Source: Edaphobacter aggregans (GTDB lineage: Bacteria; Acidobacteriota; Terriglobia; Terriglobales; Acidobacteriaceae). From it: a stretch of DNA of 32,000 nucleotides. The notes under the pieces were generated by a model that searched no databases, was not told the DNA's origin, and saw nothing but the letters and a program-made list of their open reading frames with translations. Positions 25,441-32,000 of the stretch are shown one piece after another. Numbering within the stretch: the first letter of the stretch is position 1; each line of letters begins with the position of its first letter. Both the position numbers and the translations under genes were made by a program. Location of the stretch: positions 1,800,001-1,832,000 of the forward strand of contig NZ_RSDW01000001.1 in the NCBI RefSeq assembly GCF_003945235.1, read 5' to 3'.

Positions 25441-26640
25441 ATGTTTAGTCGCGTTCTTAAGGTGATGCTTTGGGCTAGCCTGTTTGGCTCAATCAACATG
25501 TTGGCACAGACTACCTGTGGCAACACTAAACTCGCCTGCTTGTTACCGACCGTCCTGCACACGAACGCTCCAACCTTCAACTTCTTCAATGAGGCCTTTG
25601 CAACACAGATTGGCCAGCTTCCACTGGCGACTCCGGCTTCTGGATTCATCTATACCTTTGACAAGCAGAAAGGTGTTATGGTGCGTTCGGTCGAGAGCTT
25701 CGGACCTTTACTCGCCGAACGGGTAGAGACGATCGGGCGACATAGGGCATATATGGCTTTCACGTATCAGTGGTTCAACTTCACTGAAATAGATGGAAAC
25801 GACCTCAATCACGTACCCATATTGTTCTCGTTTCCCTCAGTAGAAGGCGCTCAGGTTGTGACCGAAACCGACAATCGCATCGAAACAAAGGTCAACCAGT
25901 TTGTAGTTTTCGGCACCTTGGGCCTTTCAGACCGCATAGACGTCTCAATTGCAATCCCCTTCCAAAGAATATCGATGGAAGTTACCACGCAAGGAACAGA
26001 ATTCAGCACGACCACTTCGTCGACTACATCGTTCACACAATATTTACCCGGGGAGGCCAGTGGCATCGGCGATGTCGTTATATCAAGCAAGGGCACACTG
26101 CTGAAGAGGGAGGAATATGGGTTAGCGATAGGCGGAGAATTGTATCTGCCCACAGGAGACGAACAGAACTTTCTCGGCACTGGTACGGTCGGCATTAAGC
26201 CATACCTTGTTCTGGCTCGCAATGGAAAGGTCGCACCCCACCTCAATCTAGGTTATCGATGGAATGGAAGTTCGGCTCTGGCGGTTGGTCAAGATGGAAG
26301 GGAGCAGCCTCTTCCTGGCTTCTTTTTCTATACACTTGGTGCCGATATAGGACTTTCGAAACATGTCACTATTGCGGCTGATTGGCTTGGCCAGCATTTC
26401 TTTAATGCACCCCAGATATCGACACCCATGAGTGTGACAGCAACGGTCAACGGCCAACCTACCGTCTTCTCAAGTGTTGTCCCGATTAACGGGGGATACA
26501 ACGTAAATAACCTATCCTTGGGAGTGAAAGCCAATCCATGGCGTCACCTGCTGTTGCTTGGAAACATAACAATCAAGTTAGATAGCGGGGGCCTTAGGTC
26601 TACCGTCGTGCCTTTGGGCGGAATCTCGTACTCTTTCTGA
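25441..26640 (+). CDS. outer-membrane beta-barrel protein (MetA/phenol-degradation-like transporter type)
   Basis: ATG at 25441 preceded by gAAGGAGaacta. Signal peptide MFSRVLKVMLWASLFGSINMLAQ. Alternating beta-strand pattern. C-terminal beta-signal GGISYSF. Confidence 0.65.
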   Translation: MFSRVLKVMLWASLFGSINMLAQTTCGNTKLACLLPTVLHTNAPTFNFFNEAFATQIGQLPLATPASGFIYTFDKQKGVMVRSVESFGPLLAERVETIGRHRAYMAFTYQWFNFTEIDGNDLNHVPILFSFPSVEGAQVVTETDNRIETKVNQFVVFGTLGLSDRIDVSIAIPFQRISMEVTTQGTEFSTTTSSTTSFTQYLPGEASGIGDVVISSKGTLLKREEYGLAIGGELYLPTGDEQNFLGTGTVGIKPYLVLARNGKVAPHLNLGYRWNGSSALAVGQDGREQPLPGFFFYTLGADIGLSKHVTIAADWLGQHFFNAPQISTPMSVTATVNGQPTVFSSVVPINGGYNVNNLSLGVKANPWRHLLLLGNITIKLDSGGLRSTVVPLGGISYSF

Positions 26641-27013
26641 AATCGATTGTGGCATTTGGTCAGACGAAGTGTGGAATTCCTACAAATTGAACAGACAGAT
26701 CTTCCAGGTCCCGGCCAAACTGAAAGTTACTCCTGTAGTACAGGTCTATCCGGAATGTATGGTCCGCCGCCGTGTGGTAAGCCAAGGGTGAGAGTGTGAC
26801 AGGTTGGTCTGAGCAAAGGTATACGTCACAGCACCCCACCATCCTCCCGGCGGAGCCTTGATTTCTCGGTCGTTCAGGACGTGCTATCTAACGCAGAGTT
26901 CCATCGGGGCCAAGGTGGATGTTGGAGATCGCCTTATGGGAGCTGATTTTTTCGTTGACTCTGAGTCTGCCCTAAGCTACGCTCTTGCCCCTAACATCGA
27001 GCGGGTCTTTCCC

Positions 27014-29653
27014 ATGTGCCAGTCTTTAGAACAGACCGTTTCACTTGGGCTCAGAAGGAACAGGCCAGCAGGCTTGCCTGCAGTTGTTCGCTCTGTCGTG
27101 CTTCGGTCGTTGGCAGCCGCGGTACTTTTGCTCGCCAGTAGCACATCGTTCGCCCAGCCTACCCCCCTTATCCCACCATGCGCACCCTATACGGCGATTT
27201 ATCCCTGCGTGTACCTGGTTGACGGGCCGACGGTTTCCGTCCTCAGTGCAACTAGCCGCGCGTTGGTTGGCGTTTCGACGATGTTTTCGTACTACCCTTC
27301 GGGGGGCTTAGCGGTAACTCCCGATAATGCGACAGTCTACGTCGCTGTCTCTGGCTCTAACTCTGGCTCTTCGTCCGGCTTTGCAGGAGTCATCAAAGTA
27401 ATTGACACTAAAACAGGCGTGAATTCGCTGCCGGATATTCCACTTCAGACAAACGTAGTCCCGTCGCAAGTTGCCATCAGTCCGGACGGTCGTTTTGTCT
27501 GGGTAGTAGAACCGCCATGCAGCGACGGTTGTGATCCTGGCGTAGAGGTAATTGACACAGCCAACAACAATATGCGCACTACCATCACAGATTCAAATTA
27601 CCCCGATCCAAATCACCCCTTTCCGGATCCAAGGTCGATCGCCTTGTCGCCGGATGGCAAACTCGCCTACGTCGCAGATGCCTGCACGGTCAATGGGAGT
27701 AACATCCCGTGCCTAGTAGTCGTTGACACCTCGACCAAGAACATTCTTAAGACTATCAATATCCCTAACTCAGTCAATATCCCTAGCCCGGAAGGCACTG
27801 CGCACTCTGTCGCCGTCACCCCCGATGGAAAATTGGTTTGCGTTTCCGTCACGATTCTGGACCCAACGAATAAAACTACCCCCCAGAGCCTTGGAGTTGC
27901 TTTCATCGATCCGGTGAGCGGGAATGTTAATCCTGTAACTGCGCTTGTGGATGCGGTTCCATCGGATTTCGGAATTGTCATCACGAGCACGGGTGAGCTA
28001 TATGCTGCAGCCCCCATGTCCAGTAATGCAGCATCGCTCAACCACGTCTATGTGTTCGACGTGAATAGCCAGACTTTCACAGGAACAGTAACTGTCGGCA
28101 GTGGTCCGACGGGTGTAGCTGTCGGTTCTGATGGACAAACCGTGTACGTAACCAACCTTGGAAATGGGAATCTTGGCTCCGTCTCAATAATTCGGTCGGG
28201 GGTGCTCCTCGCCAGCCCCCCGACGGCCAGTTCGTTCCCACAGGGTGTGGCCGCCATGCCCTCGATACCGCCGGCCATCACGACTCAGCCCTCCGGCCAA
28301 CAGATTCCGTACGGAGGTACCGCGACCGCGGCGATTCAGGCCACGGGTACGGCACCGCTCACCTACCAGTGGTATCAAGGTCAGAGTGGAGATACCAGTG
28401 ATCCAGTCCAGGGAGCTACTGGCTCATCCTTCACTACCCCTGTACTTATCGCAACCACCAGCTACTGGGTGCGCGTCACAAACATCGTAACGAATCAGGA
28501 CAGTACGGCACTAACAGTAACCGTCTCGCCTCCTCTTGCGCCAACCATTACAACTCAACCTGTAGCTCCGGTGATCGCTATTGGAGGCACGGCAACCCTC
28601 ACTGTACAGGCTGGCGGCACACTGCCCCTGTCCTATCAGTGGTTCCAGGGTACGAGCGGAGACACATCAATGCCACAACAGGGAGCCACCGGACCTTCGT
28701 TCACAACACCTCCGCTGAACGCAAACACAAGCTACTGGGTGCAAGTCAGCAACGTCGCAAGCAACGTGAACAGCATCGCCGTCACCATCAGTGTTTCGCC
28801 TGTCCCACAGTGTGCGCTGCAACTGCAGGCCGCGGGCATAACAGGTCCTACGATCTCTGCCACAGCAACCTGTAAAGATGTTACGAATCCACCACTGCAG
28901 TTGGCTACGACCTTGGATTGGGGAGACCAGACGCCAACAGTTACTATGAGTGGCGGGTCATTGACCCCGACGCATACTTACTTATCGGCCGATAATTATG
29001 TTTTGACTGTCAAAGGTGTAAATACACTTAATCTCGAAGGCGATAAGACAGCCTACCTCAATCTGAAACCATTAGTATTGAGTCCACCCTTGGTAGTTTT
29101 CCAGGGACAGTCTGCTAGCTTTGTCGCAGGTGTGAGCTCTCCGGGGCCAGTCCAGGTCAACTTTGAGTGCACTGTACTAGTATCCTCGAGTGGTGTCGTA
29201 AGTAAAGCTTCGGACCTTGGCATTTCCTGCTATGCAATGTCGCAGCCAATAACGTTGTCAGAGAGTCGTAGCAACCCAACTCAAGTCACCATCATCATCC
29301 AAACGACCGGTGGAGCACTGGCGAGGCTCTCCCCAGGCCCTGCACATCAGGGGATGCTTTATACATGCCTGCTGCCAGTATCGGGCGTGATAATTATGGT
29401 GGGAGGAGCTTTGTCCTCAAGACGGCGCAGAATATCGTCTAGGTTCTTAGCCATCCTTTCCGTGTTGTTGTTATTAGGCCCGATCGTCTCTTGTGGCGGT
29501 GGATTCACAGCACCGAAGAGCGTGCAGACCGGAACGTCTGCTGGCTCTTATCAGATTAGCGTGGTGGATGTGCTCACGAACACCTCGCCAAACGCCGGAG
29601 CTTTTGTGCAGACGACGCTGATCGTTCCACTACAGATTGTACCGTTCCAGTGA
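27014..29653 (+). CDS. large secreted surface protein: YVTN-type beta-propeller repeats + 2 Ig-like repeats + PKD-like domain + C-terminal TM/Arg-cluster/lipobox-like module
   Basis: Long signal peptide ...LRSLAAAVLLLASSTSFAQP. Propeller repeats (VYVAVSGSN, VWVVEPP, AYVADACT, VYVTNLGNGNLGSVSII). Two ~88-aa Ig-like repeats with QWYQGQSGDTS and QWFQGTSGDTS. PKD-like TLDWGDQTPTV...THTYLSADNYVLTV. The start could also be 26936 or 26858. Confidence 0.75.
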   Translation: MCQSLEQTVSLGLRRNRPAGLPAVVRSVVLRSLAAAVLLLASSTSFAQPTPLIPPCAPYTAIYPCVYLVDGPTVSVLSATSRALVGVSTMFSYYPSGGLAVTPDNATVYVAVSGSNSGSSSGFAGVIKVIDTKTGVNSLPDIPLQTNVVPSQVAISPDGRFVWVVEPPCSDGCDPGVEVIDTANNNMRTTITDSNYPDPNHPFPDPRSIALSPDGKLAYVADACTVNGSNIPCLVVVDTSTKNILKTINIPNSVNIPSPEGTAHSVAVTPDGKLVCVSVTILDPTNKTTPQSLGVAFIDPVSGNVNPVTALVDAVPSDFGIVITSTGELYAAAPMSSNAASLNHVYVFDVNSQTFTGTVTVGSGPTGVAVGSDGQTVYVTNLGNGNLGSVSIIRSGVLLASPPTASSFPQGVAAMPSIPPAITTQPSGQQIPYGGTATAAIQATGTAPLTYQWYQGQSGDTSDPVQGATGSSFTTPVLIATTSYWVRVTNIVTNQDSTALTVTVSPPLAPTITTQPVAPVIAIGGTATLTVQAGGTLPLSYQWFQGTSGDTSMPQQGATGPSFTTPPLNANTSYWVQVSNVASNVNSIAVTISVSPVPQCALQLQAAGITGPTISATATCKDVTNPPLQLATTLDWGDQTPTVTMSGGSLTPTHTYLSADNYVLTVKGVNTLNLEGDKTAYLNLKPLVLSPPLVVFQGQSASFVAGVSSPGPVQVNFECTVLVSSSGVVSKASDLGISCYAMSQPITLSESRSNPTQVTIIIQTTGGALARLSPGPAHQGMLYTCLLPVSGVIIMVGGALSSRRRRISSRFLAILSVLLLLGPIVSCGGGFTAPKSVQTGTSAGSYQISVVDVLTNTSPNAGAFVQTTLIVPLQIVPFQ
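28268..28800 (+). repeat. two tandem ~264-bp Ig-like domain repeats within the surface-protein gene
   Basis: PPAITTQPSGQQIPYGGTATAAIQATGTAPLTYQWYQGQSGDTSDPVQGATGSSFTTPVLIATTSYWVRVTN... aligns with APTITTQPVAPVIAIGGTATLTVQAGGTLPLSYQWFQGTSGDTSMPQQGATGPSFTTPPLNANTSYWVQVSN... Confidence 0.65.
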
Positions 29654-29942
29654 TGCAGTGCAGTTTGAGTGTAGTTACGGAACTTTTCGATTCGTCAGTG
29701 CACAATCAGTCGTCGCGAGCGGCAATCCGAAATTGTCACATCGCATCGATTGCTAAATTAGGCAATCTAGCACTGGCGACCGCTGCTCCCCTCGCACCGC
29801 TCCTGTTAACGGTCTTGTCTCTGGACAAACTCATCATGCGGCTCATCCAGGTCGTCTTTTGAGGCGTCGCGGGCCTGTACCTGCACAATTCATTTCTTCT
29901 CATCAGAACTCGATGTGAGCATCTCTTTGATTGCACGCTTAG

Positions 29943-30382
29943 CTGCCCATACCTCCGCCCGCGTTGGAAGCACTCAAGGCGTGGCACGAGAAGTCGCCCT
30001 ACAAGGGGTCCGACGATTGGGTGTTGCATCGGAGTTCCACTTCGGCAAGCAAACGCTCTGGCGTCGGAATGCTGCACCCGCGATCGACCGCGCCAAAGTG
30101 AACAAGCCGAAGCTAGGCTGGCATTCTCTGCGTCGGTCGTATGCTTCCCTTCTCTTGTCGAGCGGAGCAAGCCTTCGCGCGAGCATGGAGCTGATGCGGC
30201 ACTCTACACCAGAGATGATGCTAAGCACCTACGCTCAAGCATCGGCGATGAAAAGTGAGACGCGGGAGAGAAGGTTGCGCTGTTGTGTTGGAAGGCGGGA
30301 AAGCTGCCTAGCTGACCCTTATCTGACCCACGCGGCTGAAATCGCCTCTTTCGTGAACCAGATTTTCGAGGAAAACCCTTGA
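29943..30382 (+). pseudogene. tyrosine recombinase (phage-type integrase) remnant: N-terminal ~2/3 deleted and frameshifted
   Basis: Frame A (29943-30025) reads LPIPPPALEALKAWHEKSPYKGSDDWV. Frame B then continues ASEFHFGKQTLWRRNAAPAIDRAKVNKPKLGWHSLRRSYASLLLSSGASLRASMELMRHSTPEMMLSTYAQ, which contains the HxxR and H...Y catalytic motifs. An apparent 1-nt deletion lies near 30024. The stop is 6 nt from the tRNA-Ala 3' end. Confidence 0.7.
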
Positions 30383-30388
30383 ATTCTT

Positions 30389-30464
30389 TGGTGGAGCTGA
30401 GCGGGATCGAACCGCTGACCTCCTCGTTGCGAACGAGGCGCTCTCCCAGCTGAGCTACAGCCCC
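30389..30464 (-). tRNA. tRNA-Ala (anticodon CGC), CCA encoded
   Basis: The reverse complement GGGGCTGTAGCTCAGCTGGGAGAGCGCCTCGTTCGCAACGAGGAGGTCAGCGGTTCGATCCCGCTCAGCTCCACCA has the acceptor GGGGCTG/CAGCTCC with the G3:U70 Ala identity pair. The anticodon stem CCTCG/CGAGG has loop TTCGCAA. The T arm is AGCGG-TTCGATC-CCGCT. Length 76 nt. Confidence 0.92.
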
Positions 30465-30549
30465 CAACCAGACGCGCATCGCACACTGCTCACGCAGAAG
30501 CCACGCCGTCTAACGACTCCATTAAGTGTACCAGCAAGCGCCTCTACGC

Positions 30550-30834
30550 TCAAACCTCACGCGCGCCCACCCGTCCCGAAACCGCAGTCCCCGCAGCCAG
30601 CGGCTTCTCCACCACATGCCACACCTCGCCCGCCGCATCTATCTCTACGCCAAGCACCGGGACCTGCAACCGAGCTCCACTACGAGCGACAGCCTCCAAC
30701 TCCCCAACATCGCCGGCGCGAAACTCCGTGCGATCCAGCGCCATCTGCCATCGCTGCCGCCCCGCTACCCGAGACTCCTCGCGAATATCCGTCACGACTG
30801 CCATAAACGCAACACCCTCTATGCGACTCACCAC
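30550..30834 (-). pseudogene. possible truncated AlaX-like (alanyl-tRNA editing / AlaRS-related) N-terminal fragment
   Basis: The 94-aa ORF ...FMAVVTDIREE...QMALDRTEFRAGDVGELEAV...VLGVEIDAAGEVWHVVEKPLAAGTAVSGRV follows the pattern of COG2872-type proteins (F.A.V...LD.T.FYP.GGGQ...GE.WH...L..G..V.G.IDW). The FYPxGGGQ box is degenerate and the ORF stops where the HxxxH domain should begin. A shifted frame continues with W-A-R-V-R-F. Confidence 0.3.
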
Positions 30835-31832
30835 ACCGGCTCCGCTCGCAACGCTTCCATCTCGCGCTTGCTGCCCACGCAGAACGGCGTGCGCTGATGA
30901 ATCCCCTCTGGCTTAATGTCCAGAATCCTGCCAACACCAGTCGTGGCCACTCCACCCGCCTGCTCCGCAATAAACGCCAGCGGATTCGCCTCATACAGCA
31001 GCCGCAACTTGCCCTTCGGCTGCTTCGACGTAGGCGGATACAAAAACACCCCGCCCTTCAGTAGCGTCCGATGAAAGTCCGCGACCAGGCTGCCGATATA
31101 CCGCGAGCTGTACTCCCTACCCAGGCCACCCGTCCGCAACATCTCCAGATACGCGCGATACCCTTCCGGCCAGCTCGCCGCATTCGCCTCATTCACCGAG
31201 TAGTAGCTTCCCTGCTCCGGCATCTGCATCCGCTCGTTGCTCAGCACAAACGCGCCAATCGCAGGATCGAGCGTAAATCCATACACGCCATTGCCCGTCG
31301 TGTAAACCAGCACCGTCGAAGGCCCATACAACACATAGCCCGCCGCAACCTGCCGAAAGCCATGCTGCAAAATCGACTCCTCAAGCGTTCCATGTTCGGG
31401 CGGAAGCCTCCGCAGCACGCTGAAGATCGTGCCCACGTTCACATTCACATCAATATTGCTCGACCCATCCAGCGGATCGAAGACGATGATGTACTTTCCT
31501 GTCTCCGGATCGCGATTGAACGTCACCGGCTCTTCATCCTCTTCGCTCACTAGAGCAGCCACGCTGTCGCGCAATCCAAGGCAGTGCAGCAGCGCCTGAT
31601 TCGCGTACACATCCAGCTTCTGCTGTTGCTCACCCTGAACATTCTCCGCGCCAAACGCGCCCAGCACGTCGATCAGCCCCGCCGAGCGAATCTTCGCCTC
31701 CACCATCTTCGCGGCCAGCGTAATCCCGCTCAGCAACCAGCTGAATGTCCCTGTCGCCTCGCGCCCGGTCGCCTTCAACATGTCCTGCTGCTGTTGCAGA
31801 ATATGCTGTTGCACCGTCGTAATCATCGCCAT
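30828..31832 (-). CDS. fbp: class I fructose-1,6-bisphosphatase
   Basis: MAMITTVQQHILQQQ...ENVQGEQQQKLDVYANQ...VSEEDEEPV...IVFDPLDGSSNIDVNVNVGTIFSV...YIGSLVADFHRTLLKGGVFLYP...GKLRLLYEANPLAFIAEQAGG are canonical FBPase I motifs. The ATG at 31830-31832 is preceded by tGAAGGTGGattgcc. The track ORF start at 31913 is probably over-extended. Confidence 0.9.
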   Translation of the reverse strand: MAMITTVQQHILQQQQDMLKATGREATGTFSWLLSGITLAAKMVEAKIRSAGLIDVLGAFGAENVQGEQQQKLDVYANQALLHCLGLRDSVAALVSEEDEEPVTFNRDPETGKYIIVFDPLDGSSNIDVNVNVGTIFSVLRRLPPEHGTLEESILQHGFRQVAAGYVLYGPSTVLVYTTGNGVYGFTLDPAIGAFVLSNERMQMPEQGSYYSVNEANAASWPEGYRAYLEMLRTGGLGREYSSRYIGSLVADFHRTLLKGGVFLYPPTSKQPKGKLRLLYEANPLAFIAEQAGGVATTGVGRILDIKPEGIHQRTPFCVGSKREMEALRAEPVW

Positions 31833-31957
31833 TGGCAATCCACCTTCATAGGAAATTTTGTCGAGGCTCCAGAATCGAAGCCTACCATCCGTGCGAAATG
31901 GAATCCACTTCACCGATTACCGCCCATTTCGCACCACGCGCACGTTACAATCCACCC

Positions 31958-32000
31958 ATGCCATCCAGACGAAGCTTCCTCCTAGCCGCCACCGCAGCAG
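31958..32000 (+). CDS. 5' end of a gene encoding a protein with a twin-arginine (Tat)-like signal (partial)
   Basis: ATG at 31958 followed by MPSRRSFLLAATAA (S-R-R-x-F-L Tat motif). The ORF runs off the window end. Confidence 0.3.
   Translation, partial: MPSRRSFLLAATAA

Larger units (their letters stand above)
14950..30388. mobile_element. putative fixed genomic island integrated at the 3' end of tRNA-Ala (left border approximate)
   Basis: An integrase remnant abuts the tRNA 3' end. The cargo is accessory and secreted or defence-like genes. Hand GC counts of individual 60-nt lines give roughly 35-50% across 21.3-26.6 kb, against roughly 58-68% in flanking core genes. The composition shift begins near 14.9-15.2 kb. 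I found no att direct repeat by eye. Confidence 0.4.

Noticed and set aside
26660-26842. 60-aa - strand ORF between the beta-barrel and surface-protein genes
   Set aside because: The GGGAGG lies directly against the ATG with no spacing. There are no motifs. It may be a relic, but the evidence is insufficient.
29650-30170. ORFs 29650-29862 (+) and 29736-30170 (-) between the surface-protein gene and the integrase remnant
   Set aside because: They have no motifs. The second is antisense to the recognisable integrase frames.
30526-30994. ORFs 30526-30897 (+), 30680-30994 (-) and 30728-30916 (+) overlapping the fbp 3' end
   Set aside because: They are Arg/Pro/Ser-rich shadow frames. They overlap the well-supported fbp frame and the AlaX-like frame.

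Overview
The window looks like a chromosomal segment from a high-GC Gram-negative bacterium, probably Acidobacteriota (Terriglobia-like). That assignment is an inference from the CarboxypepD_reg-type TonB-dependent receptor, the many secreted Ig/beta-propeller proteins and the BlaR1-type sensors. Coordinates 1-14.9 kb are core and envelope genes: aroC (partial), a YhaM-like HD nuclease, a DsbA-like oxidoreductase, a SurA-like chaperone with a long disordered tail, an S41 C-terminal processing protease, tRNA-Gly(CCC), a TonB-dependent receptor, a translationally coupled BlaI/BlaR1/repeat-protein operon, decayed outer-membrane barrel relics, and an ArsR-SRPBCC-(small ORF)-DUF899 operon. From about 14.9 to 30.39 kb the composition becomes mosaic and partly much more AT-rich. 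This stretch ends at a decayed tyrosine-integrase remnant that stops 6 nt from the 3' end of tRNA-Ala(CGC), so I read it as a fixed genomic island. The island carries the most interesting content. A 1306-aa NLR-like protein (DUF4062/TIR-like head, STAND P-loop NTPase, 13 ankyrin repeats) overlaps by ATGA a gene encoding an orphan domain fused to a thioredoxin (WCGSC). Next to this pair are a secreted-protein/4-TM-protein operon, a secreted caspase-like (C14) protease, an outer-membrane beta-barrel, and a large beta-propeller/Ig/PKD surface protein with an odd C-terminal module. Right of the tRNA lie a possible AlaX-like fragment, fbp, and the start of a Tat-signal protein. All homology calls come from motif recognition by eye; no database search was run.
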